Shown: positions 8,786-17,331 of the stretch, in pieces
Numbering within the stretch: position 1 is the stretch's first letter
Layout of the letters: each line of letters starts with the position of its first letter
Source: Minisyncoccota bacterium
GTDB taxonomy: Bacteria > Patescibacteriota > Minisyncoccia > Phycocordibacterales > UBA5272
NCBI GenBank assembly: GCA_041651055.1
Contig: JBAZJW010000001.1
Coordinates: forward strand, 536,506 to 600,505
DNA: 64,000 bases
Reading direction: 5' to 3'
Made by a program: the position numbers and the translations under genes
Notes under the pieces: model-generated
What the model saw: only the letters and a program-made list of their open reading frames with translations
What the model was told of the DNA's origin: nothing
The model's database searches: none

Positions 8786-8852
8786 TGTGTCATTCCAAAT
8801 TTAATTTGGAATCCAGTGAACACTGGACCCCAATTTTCATTGGGGTGACACC
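8786..8852. promoter_or_regulatory. Copy B of the three-palindrome / cloverleaf-like element, about 40 bp upstream of the -35 of promoter 8715-8742.
   Basis: TGTGTCA-ATTCCAAATTTAATTTGGAAT-CCAGTGAACACTGG-ACCCCAATTTTCATTGGGG-TGACACC: three different palindromes or hairpins enclosed by a closing helix. Confidence 0.5.
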
Positions 8853-8887
8853 TTAAAGGTGTCGATTATTTAGAGCTAGTATAATAA

Positions 8888-8925
8888 AAAGCTGCCGGCG
8901 GATGCTGGCAGCGGGGTTGGCACTT
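8888..8925 (-). terminator. Rho-independent terminator of the 8935-9357 gene.
   Basis: Minus strand GCTGCCagcatccgccGGCAGC followed by TTTTTATTA. Confidence 0.55.
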
Positions 8926-8934
8926 TCGTGCAGA

Positions 8935-9357
8935 TCAGAATGAGTTCTCGGCCTTCATTGCGGAGAAAAGCTCCGGGGGTTCCGCGGGCGGCGGCAAGTA
9001 CAGAACGAACTCGAAAGTTCCGTCTGAATTTAGCTTGCCCCAAGTGCGCCCTTGGCAGACCCAGCCGACACCTTTAATCAACTGATATCCAGCTGAGCAT
9101 CCGCCGCCCGGCTGATACAGTGGCGGAGTTTGCGGATACAGAACCGGTGGGATGTATTGCTGTTGGTATTGTTGGTTCGGCTGAATGTAAATCGGCCTCA
9201 CCTGCTGAGGCTGTGTTTGCTGTGCACCCCCTCCTCCTCCATTGAAACAAACATGCCCTCCGTCACCACGAGGGATGCACCCCGACAAGTTGAGAGCACA
9301 TCCGTGCAAGGCAAGGGCTGCAAGCAGTGCTGCTGCCCAGAAAACAAAACGTCTCAT
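8935..9357 (-). CDS. Small Gln/Pro-rich lipoprotein.
   Basis: MRRFVFWAAALLAALALHGC lipobox; AAGGAG ribosome-binding site; GC-rich. Confidence 0.65.
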   Translation of the reverse strand: MRRFVFWAAALLAALALHGCALNLSGCIPRGDGGHVCFNGGGGGAQQTQPQQVRPIYIQPNQQYQQQYIPPVLYPQTPPLYQPGGGCSAGYQLIKGVGWVCQGRTWGKLNSDGTFEFVLYLPPPAEPPELFSAMKAENSF

Positions 9358-9484
9358 GAGATTCTCCTTGAATAAGGTTAATGAAAAGGTGGAATAAATT
9401 CCACCGGACTTACGAATATAAATCTACAGTATTTTTCACTTTTGTCAAGAGTTGTAATTCTACACGTCAAATTCTTTTTGTATC

Positions 9485-9547
9485 TGTCATTCCAAATTTA
9501 ATTTGGAATCCAGTGGACACTGGACCCCAATTTTCATTGGGGTGACA
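9485..9547. promoter_or_regulatory. Copy C of the three-palindrome / cloverleaf-like element, upstream of the 8935-9357 gene.
   Basis: TGTCA-TTCCAAATTTAATTTGGAAT-CCAGTGGACACTGG-ACCCCAATTTTCATTGGGG-TGACA; about 97% identical to copy B. Confidence 0.5.
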
Positions 9548-9644
9548 AATACGAAGATTACTTTACAAACTTTATGAACTTTTTAAACTTTCGACTCCTC
9601 TGTATCCACTCATCACTAATGCCGAATGCCTATATACTGTCTCT

Positions 9645-11345
9645 ATGCCCCTCACGTTTGATGACGCTCTACAAAATCATACGCTCGACGAACTTCGCAA
9701 AGACGAAGAAGAAGAACTCGTAAAACAAATGTCCGATAAATACGGACTACCGTATATCGACTTGCGTGGACTCGCCCCTGAGCCAGACGCTATGCAATAC
9801 ATCAAAGAAGAAGATGCTCGCGAGGCAGGACTTGTTCCTTTCAAAATCGTCGGACGAAAATTGTACATTGCCACCCTCTCCCCTGACAACACACGTCTTG
9901 AAGAATTACTTCGCCCTATCGAAACTCGCGGAACAGAGCTATTACTTTTCTTGTGCTCACATGCGTCACTCAATCATGTGCTTACACGCTACGCAGATCT
10001 CAACCAAGGAGCGAAGGTGGAGAGTGGAATGCTCGAGCTCACCAAAGACAAAATGATGATGCTCATGGAAAGCTTCGACAATATGGATGAATTAAAAGCA
10101 GTCTTTGATGAACTCGCCGCTTCACACGTGCTCTACAAAACAACACGCATGATGGAACTCATTGTCGCTGGTGCGCTTAAATTCGACGCGAGTGATATTC
10201 ATATTGAGCCAGAAGAAGAGCATGTGCGTTTGCGATATAGACTAAATGGCGTATTGGACGATGTTGCTTTCTTTGACTTTAATGATTTGAAAAATCTCAC
10301 CAGTCGTCTCAAATTACTCTCTGGACTAAAACTTTCTACGAGTGCAAATGCTCAGGACGGACGATTCAGTATTAATCTCGGTGAAGTAGAGGTTGAAGTG
10401 CGTGTGTCTATTATTCCTGGGAACTACGGCGAATCGTTCGTAATGCGACTTCTCGACCCCCGTCATGCTATGTCTAACTTGGATAACATTGCCTTTCCTA
10501 AAAAGCTTCGCGAACTTATTGATTACGCCCTCAGTAAACCAAACGGTCTCATTCTCACTACGGGTCCGACGGGGTCAGGAAAGACGACGACGCTCTATGC
10601 CTTCCTTCATAAGATGTATACACCGGAAGTAAAAATTATTACGATTGAAGACCCTGTCGAATACCATCTCGAAGGAATTACACAGACACAGGTGGAAGAA
10701 GAAAAGGGCTACACGTTTATTTCTGGACTTCGTGCCGCACTGCGACAAGACCCGGATATTATTATGGTGGGAGAAATCCGTGACTCCGATACGGCAAAAG
10801 TAGCCATCAACTCTGCCCTCACGGGTCACTTGGTGTTCTCAACACTGCACACCAACAACGCGGCCGGTACCATTCCTCGACTCATTGATCTTGGCGTGAA
10901 TCCAAAAGTTATTGCAGGAGCGCTTTCACTCGCCCTTGCTCAACGTCTCGTGCGAACACTGTGTCCAGAGTGTAAAGAAGCCTATGCGGCTAATGAAAAA
11001 GAGTCTCGTATTATCACCAACATTTTAGGTGAGATGAAAATTTCTGGCAAAGAAGAATCAATGCTGGGACATACTCCGGATATAACGTATAAGCTATATC
11101 GTCCAGTTGGTTGTGAACACTGTAGTGGCACGGGGTACGATAATCGTATTGGAATATTCGAAGCTGTTATGATGAATGCGGAGATTGAAAAGATTTTGAT
11201 AACGAATCCAAGTGAGCGAGAAATACACGAAGCGGCAAAAGGCCAAGGAATTCCAAGCCTTCGTGAGGATGCTATACTTAAAGTATTGGATGGGATTACA
11301 TCCTTTGAGGAGGTTTCTCGTGTTGTCGATTTGATCGCGGAATAG
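9645..11345 (+). CDS. pilB: Type II secretion / type IV pilus assembly ATPase (GspE/PilB family).
   Basis: 566 aa. Walker A GPTGSGKTTTLYA, Asp box IIMVGEIRD, His box LVFSTLHTNNAAG, C-terminal CxxC...CxxC, N-terminal GSPII_E-like domain. Confidence 0.9.
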   Translation: MPLTFDDALQNHTLDELRKDEEEELVKQMSDKYGLPYIDLRGLAPEPDAMQYIKEEDAREAGLVPFKIVGRKLYIATLSPDNTRLEELLRPIETRGTELLLFLCSHASLNHVLTRYADLNQGAKVESGMLELTKDKMMMLMESFDNMDELKAVFDELAASHVLYKTTRMMELIVAGALKFDASDIHIEPEEEHVRLRYRLNGVLDDVAFFDFNDLKNLTSRLKLLSGLKLSTSANAQDGRFSINLGEVEVEVRVSIIPGNYGESFVMRLLDPRHAMSNLDNIAFPKKLRELIDYALSKPNGLILTTGPTGSGKTTTLYAFLHKMYTPEVKIITIEDPVEYHLEGITQTQVEEEKGYTFISGLRAALRQDPDIIMVGEIRDSDTAKVAINSALTGHLVFSTLHTNNAAGTIPRLIDLGVNPKVIAGALSLALAQRLVRTLCPECKEAYAANEKESRIITNILGEMKISGKEESMLGHTPDITYKLYRPVGCEHCSGTGYDNRIGIFEAVMMNAEIEKILITNPSEREIHEAAKGQGIPSLREDAILKVLDGITSFEEVSRVVDLIAE

Positions 11346-11698
11346 TATAAAAATATTCAATAAAACAATATTCAATATGTAGACAAAAGCTTTCGTGTTT
11401 TTGAATATTGATTATTTATCATATTGAATATTCAACTTTTGTCACACAACAAAAGAAAAAGACCTTAGAAAAATCTAAAGTCTTTATCTGTCTCCTGCCA
11501 AAACATATGTACCTCTAAGCAACCCCTTGGTGAAGAACGTTCCTTCATAAGGATAGGCACAGTACGTAACGAGTACGACCAGACCGTCCTTCGAAATAGA
11601 AGGTGAGAATAAATTCCCGATTGTTTAGAGATATATAGGTTCTGACAAGCAACCGCACAAGATAGACCAACTTCTAGATTATATCACATATAAAACTT

Positions 11699-12700
11699 TT
11701 GTCAAATCCCCCTTTCATGCCGCCTCTTGACCATATTATTGAAGTAGAAGAAACCAGACACTTAGACAGCACACTTCGTCCTGAGAAATTTTCGGATTAT
11801 ATTGGCCAAGAAGTCATAAAAAAGAATCTCGACATACTTCTCACTGCTGCAAAAGAAAGAGGAACTCCTCCCGAGCACATCCTTTTGTATGGACCACCAG
11901 GACTTGGTAAGACCACACTTGCGCATTTGATTGCGAAAGAATTAAATGCGAATTTGAAACTCTCAAGCGGGCCAGCGATTATGAAGGTCGGAGACCTGGC
12001 AGCAATACTAACCAATCTTACCCCTGGAGATATTCTTTTCATTGATGAAATACATCGCCTTAATAAATTAATTGAGGAAGTGCTCTATCCAGCGATGGAG
12101 TCCGGCAAGCTCGATATCATTATCGGAAAAGGTCCGTCTGCACGGACCATACAACTCGACCTTCCACCCTTCACCCTTATTGGTGCAACGACGCGTATAT
12201 CATTATTGTCATCCCCTCTTCGTTCTCGTTTCTCGGGAGGTGTGTACCGTTTGCAATATTATACAGAACCAGAAATCGCAACGATCGTAAAAAACAGTGC
12301 GAAGATTTTGGGCGCCACGGTGCCAGACGATGCCGCATATGAAATAGCAAAGCGTTCTCGCTTCACACCGCGTATCGCAAACTACTATTTGAAACGCGCT
12401 CGCGACTATGCACAAGTACACAAAACTATTATCGACAAAGATGTGGTTGATATTTCTTTGGCCCTGCTCGAAATTGATGAGTTCGGTATCGGCGTTTCGG
12501 AGAGAATGGTCTTAGACGCACTCGTGAACACCTTTAATGGTGGACCTGTCGGAGTGGGAACACTCGCTGCTGCCACAGGAGAAGAAGAGGCTACCATCGA
12601 AGACGTGACCGAACCCTACCTTATTCAAATAGGAATGCTCGAGAGAACGCCTCGAGGGAGAAAGGCTACAGAGAAAGCAATAACGCATTTCAAAAAATAA
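11699..12700 (+). CDS. ruvB: Holliday junction branch-migration helicase RuvB.
   Basis: 333 aa; LLYGPPGLGKTTLA, DEIHRL; typical length. Confidence 0.93.
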   Translation: MSNPPFMPPLDHIIEVEETRHLDSTLRPEKFSDYIGQEVIKKNLDILLTAAKERGTPPEHILLYGPPGLGKTTLAHLIAKELNANLKLSSGPAIMKVGDLAAILTNLTPGDILFIDEIHRLNKLIEEVLYPAMESGKLDIIIGKGPSARTIQLDLPPFTLIGATTRISLLSSPLRSRFSGGVYRLQYYTEPEIATIVKNSAKILGATVPDDAAYEIAKRSRFTPRIANYYLKRARDYAQVHKTIIDKDVVDISLALLEIDEFGIGVSERMVLDALVNTFNGGPVGVGTLAAATGEEEATIEDVTEPYLIQIGMLERTPRGRKATEKAITHFKK

Positions 12701-12701
12701 T

Positions 12702-13199
12702 ATGTCTGCCGTTCGCATTTTAGGAATAGATCCTGGATTTGATCGACTCGGTGTATGCGTGCTCGATAAAGAAGGGAATAAAGAAACCCTCGTTCATTCA
12801 CGGTGTATCGAAACATCCAAAAAAGAAAGCTTCGAGAAGCGTTTGAGTGACATTGGAAAAACACTCACGCTTATCCTAGAAGAATATAAACCTGAGGAGC
12901 TCGCGATTGAAAAATTATTCTTTGCGAAGAATCAGACAACGGCCATCAATGTGGCAGAGGTTCGTGGTGTCGTTCTCTACCTCGCCTTTACCCACGGACT
13001 GACCATTCACGAGTATTCCCCTCCTGAAATAAAACTGGCAGTGGCAGGACATGGTCGGGCGACGAAGAATGACATTGCTCACATGGTTCCCAAAATACTT
13101 CCAAATCAAGTAAAGAAAGGGCTTTTGGACGATGAGGTGGACGCAATCGCTATCGCGCTGACCCATTCAGCGTGCCGAAACATGCGAAACCTTGCGTGA
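12702..13199 (+). CDS. ruvC: Crossover junction endodeoxyribonuclease RuvC.
   Basis: 165 aa; ILGIDPGFDRLGVCVLD catalytic N-terminus; directly follows ruvB. Confidence 0.88.
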   Translation: MSAVRILGIDPGFDRLGVCVLDKEGNKETLVHSRCIETSKKESFEKRLSDIGKTLTLILEEYKPEELAIEKLFFAKNQTTAINVAEVRGVVLYLAFTHGLTIHEYSPPEIKLAVAGHGRATKNDIAHMVPKILPNQVKKGLLDDEVDAIAIALTHSACRNMRNLA

Positions 13200-13320
13200 A
13201 ATTGATGCGTATTATTTGAATATTGAGTATTGTTTTATTGTAGATTTTGCTCCTCTTTCACTATTCTCTTGCATTACCCATAAACCCGTGGTATCTTTGC
13301 ATACATTAAACGATATTTCA

Positions 13321-13500
13321 TATGCTTATTGAAGAGGAAGACCCAAAACCAAGTGGAGAAATAAACCCAGACGCTCTCGAGGCCGTCTTTGAAGAAGATG
13401 TGCTTGTTGAGGAAGAAATTATTGTGTTTGGAAAAGAAGAAGACGAGGAGGCTGATGAAATCGATATCGCTTTCGCAGCAAACGATGAGGGATATTGGTA
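13321..13500 (+). CDS. Possible small acidic protein (59 aa, Glu/Asp-rich).
   Basis: ATG...TAA ORF MLIEEEDPKPSGEINPDALEAVFEEDVLVEEE...; not in the ORF track (<60 aa); no ribosome-binding site. Confidence 0.2.
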
Positions 13501-13502
13501 AA

Positions 13503-13604
13503 GAGTTAGGAGCTAACAGTTAGGGGTTAGGAGAAGTTACTAATACATAAAAAGAGGGCACCTTTGGTGTCCTCTTTTTACTCCTAACTGTTAACTCCTA
13601 ACTC
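13503..13604. repeat. GTTAGG/CCTAAC palindromic module around a bidirectional terminator hairpin (family also at 49640-49764 and 51676-51745).
   Basis: GAGTTAGGAGCTAACAGTTAGGGGTTAGGAG ... AAAAAGAGGGCACCtttgGTGTCCTCTTTTT ... ACTCCTAACTGTTAACTCCTAACTC. Confidence 0.65.
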
Positions 13605-14791
13605 ACAACAATTTTGACAAATCTCTTCTTTCCGATTTTCAATGTTACGTTGTACGCTTTTACTTTTGTGTCTGTAATCTTCACACCTTCCGTATCCGCT
13701 ACAGCACCGTCTTCTACGAGTCTCCTCCAGTCAGTTTTGGAAGAAACAATACCGTTCTCAATTAAAACGTCTGCCAATTCTTTTTCACCCGTCGTTACAA
13801 TTTCAGGAATTGATTCTGGTACACCTCCTTTTGAAAACGTTTCTATCCACGACATCTTTGCAAGCGACGCCGCCATATCTGAATGGTACATGGTGACGAT
13901 TTCTGTTGCGAGACGCATTTTTATATCACGAGGATTTACTCCATCTTTCATTTCTTGTTCAATAGCAGCAATATCAGAAAGTGAAATATCCGTACAGAGT
14001 GTAAAATATTTTACGATAAGATCGTCGCGCACTGACATCAGCTTTCCAAACATATCAAACGGCTCATCAACAACCGTAATCACATTTCCCCAACTCGTCG
14101 ACATCTTTCTTCCATCTGTTCCTTCAAGCATTGAGAACGTAATAATATTTTGTTTTGGCATTCCAAAATGCTCCTGAATAATTCTCCCTGCCTTAAGGTT
14201 GAACAGTTGATCAAATCCTCCAATCTCAGCATCGGCTTTTACCGCAACAGAATCATACCCTTGCATGAGCGGATACAAAAATTCTCGAAGTGATATTTCT
14301 GTCCCCTGATCAAATCTATCTTTGAAGTTACGACGTGCGAGCATCTGCTGTACAGAGAAACATTCGGCAAGAGTAGACACTTCGCCGAAAGTAAGTTTTG
14401 ATAACCAATCATTATTGTAAACAAATTCTGTTTTTGAAAGATCAAGAATCTTTGAAATTTGACTCTTGTAGTCTTTAAGATTTTCATCAATCTGCGCACG
14501 AGTTACCCCTGGACGTTTTTCTGTTTTATCAGAAGCGTCTCCAATCTGGGCAGTAAAGTCTCCCACAATAAAAACAACCTGGTGTCCTAGTTTTTGAAAT
14601 TCACGAAGTTTACGAAAAGGAATGGCTCGACCAAGGTGAATCTTTGGACCTGTCGGATCTACTCCGAGTTTAATACGAAGGACTTTCCCCGACATGAGTT
14701 CTTTCTTAAATTCTTCCTTAACGATAATATCTTCCACCCCTCGTGTGAGGAGCTCGTCTATTTTTGCTTCATCAATTATTACTTTATCCAT
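13598..14791 (-). CDS. tyrS: Tyrosyl-tRNA synthetase (with C-terminal S4-like domain).
   Basis: 397 aa; class I motifs GVDPTGPKIHLG and KMSTS; YPLMQGYD Tyr-binding motif. Confidence 0.85.
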   Translation of the reverse strand: MDKVIIDEAKIDELLTRGVEDIIVKEEFKKELMSGKVLRIKLGVDPTGPKIHLGRAIPFRKLREFQKLGHQVVFIVGDFTAQIGDASDKTEKRPGVTRAQIDENLKDYKSQISKILDLSKTEFVYNNDWLSKLTFGEVSTLAECFSVQQMLARRNFKDRFDQGTEISLREFLYPLMQGYDSVAVKADAEIGGFDQLFNLKAGRIIQEHFGMPKQNIITFSMLEGTDGRKMSTSWGNVITVVDEPFDMFGKLMSVRDDLIVKYFTLCTDISLSDIAAIEQEMKDGVNPRDIKMRLATEIVTMYHSDMAASLAKMSWIETFSKGGVPESIPEIVTTGEKELADVLIENGIVSSKTDWRRLVEDGAVADTEGVKITDTKVKAYNVTLKIGKKRFVKIVVS

Positions 14792-14916
14792 AGAGATAAT
14801 ACTAGCATAGACAGACTTTAGACTCTAGATAGTAGACTAAAGCAGTTCTCTTCCCTTATTTTTGTTTTTGGGATTACTCTATAAAAAGAGATACTATTCC
14901 ATGGTAGAATACACTC

Positions 14917-17094
14917 ATGTCAACCTCTCAACAAACACGTAAAACAAAGGCAAAACGTTCATTCTTCCGTGAATTATTTTTAATAGCCATTTCTTTAGGG
15001 GTTATTGCCTTCGCAGCTATTTTAGTATGGATGGCAAGTATTCAACTTCCTGACTTTAATAATTTTGAAAACAGAGCAATTGCAAACTCCACAAAAATCT
15101 ATGATCGTACAGGGAAAATAGTTCTCTATAACATACATGACAACGTGAGGCGCACCGAAATTCCTTTTTCTGAAATGAGTCCATACATTCGCCAGGCAAC
15201 AATTTCAATTGAAGATTCTCATTTTTATGAACATAATGGATTTCGTCCGACGTCGTTTCTTCGCGCGGTTCTGGCAAATATCACAACAGGAGGATATTCA
15301 CAAGGAGGGTCTACTATCGATCAACAGGTTGTCAAAAACGCACTTCTTACTCGAGAAAAAACAGTCACACGAAAAGTAAAAGAAATAATTCTTTCTCTCA
15401 AACTAGATAAAGAAGTCCCTAAGGATACTATTTTACAAATTTACTTAAATGAAAGTCCTTACGGCGGAACTCTTTACGGTGTAGAAGAGGCCTCTCTCAC
15501 CTATTTCAACAAACACGCTAAAGATGTCACACTTACAGAAGCCGCGTATTTGGCAGCTCTTCCTCAGTCACCAACGTACTATTCTCCTTATGGAAAACAT
15601 CGTGACGAATTAGAAAAAAGAAAAAATTTAGTGTTACAAAGAATGTTTGAACTTGGTTACATTACAGAAGCTGAAAAAAATAACTCACAGAAAGAATCTG
15701 TATCCTTTGAAAAAGATGTTTCAAACAGTGGAAAAGCGCTTCATTTCGTAATGTACATACGAGAATACTTGGAACAAAAATATGGAGCAGATATCGTCCT
15801 AAACGGAGGACTTAAAGTTGTAACAACGATTGACTACGAATTACAAAAGCAACTTGAAGACATTGTAAAAGAAGGAGCTCTTCAGAACACCATCAAGTAC
15901 AAAGCAACCAATGCGGCACTTGTCGCAATAGACCCTCGTACAGGACAAATTATTTCCATGGTTGGTTCTCGTGATTTCTTTGATACAGCAATTCCTGGAC
16001 AATACAATATTGCAACGGCTTCTCGTCAGCCAGGGTCATCCATTAAGCCGATTATTTATGCATCAGCCTTTAACTTGGGGTACACACCTGAGACGGTTCT
16101 CTTTGATGTGCCGACACAATTCAGTACGAGATGTGACGCTTATGGTAAACCAAACAATGGAACAGACTCTTCTGTTTGTTATATGCCGGACAATTATGAT
16201 GGTAAGTTCCGTGGACCGATGACGCTGCGCGATGCGCTTGCTCAATCAATCAACGTCCCTGCTGTGAAACTTCTCTATCTCACAGGTATTCAAACTGCAG
16301 TAAACACCGCTCAAGCCATGGGACTTTCTACTATCAATGATGCAGCACGTTATGGTCTATCTCTTGTTCTGGGAGGAGGAGAAGTTACCCTTCTTGAACT
16401 TACAAATGCGTACGGGGTATTCGCAAACAACGGTGTCTACAACAAACCGCAAGGAATCCTTGAGGTGAGAGATGGGGACAATACTATTCTTGAAAAATTC
16501 ACACCACAAGAATCTGACGCTCTTCCTGAATCAGTCACATCACTTATCTCTAGTGTTCTTTCTGATAATGTCGCCAAGATTCCTGGGTATGGGGCAATCT
16601 CATCCTCCCCTTTCTATTTCGGAGACAGACCTGTAGCAGCAAAGACAGGAACGACAAACGATTATCGAGATGTGTGGGTGGTTGGATATACACCTTCTAT
16701 TGTTGTCGGTATGTGGGGAGGAAACAATGATAATACTCCGATAGATAAAAAGGTGGCAGGTCTCGTACTTGCCCCTATTTGGCACAAAGCTATGGCTGCA
16801 TCCTTCGGAACATCATCAGTTGAGTATTTCCCTGATCCACTTCCTAATACCTCCTCAAAACCGATTTTACACGGAGAGTACTGTTCTCCGATGGGTGTTC
16901 ATACTATTCTTGCGTCTGTCATAAAAAATAATCCAGATGGGCCATATCCATCTGACCCAACAAATGATTCTCAGTATTCATTATGGGAAACAGGTATTCA
17001 AAATTGGCTAAGCAATCACACAACAATGTGCCAAACAGTGGAACCTCTCGTCTCAACGTCATCTGTTCAAATTGCAACAACAACGGTACAGTAA
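14917..17094 (+). CDS. Class A penicillin-binding protein (bifunctional glycosyltransferase/transpeptidase, PBP1A family).
   Basis: 725 aa; N-terminal TM; GT51 motifs (ISIEDSHFYEHNG, GGSTIDQQ); transpeptidase SIKP, SxN and KTGT motifs. Confidence 0.9.
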   Translation: MSTSQQTRKTKAKRSFFRELFLIAISLGVIAFAAILVWMASIQLPDFNNFENRAIANSTKIYDRTGKIVLYNIHDNVRRTEIPFSEMSPYIRQATISIEDSHFYEHNGFRPTSFLRAVLANITTGGYSQGGSTIDQQVVKNALLTREKTVTRKVKEIILSLKLDKEVPKDTILQIYLNESPYGGTLYGVEEASLTYFNKHAKDVTLTEAAYLAALPQSPTYYSPYGKHRDELEKRKNLVLQRMFELGYITEAEKNNSQKESVSFEKDVSNSGKALHFVMYIREYLEQKYGADIVLNGGLKVVTTIDYELQKQLEDIVKEGALQNTIKYKATNAALVAIDPRTGQIISMVGSRDFFDTAIPGQYNIATASRQPGSSIKPIIYASAFNLGYTPETVLFDVPTQFSTRCDAYGKPNNGTDSSVCYMPDNYDGKFRGPMTLRDALAQSINVPAVKLLYLTGIQTAVNTAQAMGLSTINDAARYGLSLVLGGGEVTLLELTNAYGVFANNGVYNKPQGILEVRDGDNTILEKFTPQESDALPESVTSLISSVLSDNVAKIPGYGAISSSPFYFGDRPVAAKTGTTNDYRDVWVVGYTPSIVVGMWGGNNDNTPIDKKVAGLVLAPIWHKAMAASFGTSSVEYFPDPLPNTSSKPILHGEYCSPMGVHTILASVIKNNPDGPYPSDPTNDSQYSLWETGIQNWLSNHTTMCQTVEPLVSTSSVQIATTTVQ

Positions 17095-17328
17095 TCACAT
17101 TCTCACTCGGTATCCTTTTTCTTTAAGAATTTCTTCAACCTTTTTCTGAATAAGAATGCTTTTTTTCACTGAAGAAGTTTGGAATACTACTTCTTTTTTA
17201 GAAATAATAAATTCATCTTCTTCTAAAATGATTCCTGTTTTTTCTTGTATAAGCACTACTATTTCCTCTTTGTTATTTTTTCGTTTACGAATCTGAAAAA
17301 GATGTTTTGCAAAAAGACCTTCATCCAT
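17095..17328 (-). CDS. Small hypothetical protein immediately downstream of dnaN (position typical of YaaA/DUF721-type small proteins; not recognised by sequence).
   Basis: 77 aa ORF tightly following dnaN. Confidence 0.35.
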   Translation of the reverse strand: MDEGLFAKHLFQIRKRKNNKEEIVVLIQEKTGIILEEDEFIISKKEVVFQTSSVKKSILIQKKVEEILKEKGYRVRM

Positions 17329-17331
17329 ACA

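Noticed and set aside
13510-13535. TTAGGGGTTAGG resembling eukaryotic telomeric repeats
   Set aside because: Only two to three units, embedded in a palindromic GTTAGG/CCTAAC module around terminators; coincidence.
13614-14177. 187-aa ORF antisense to tyrS, plus many antisense ORFs inside polA, virB4, the VirB6-like gene and the giant protein gene
   Set aside because: Low-complexity antisense translations of confidently identified genes.
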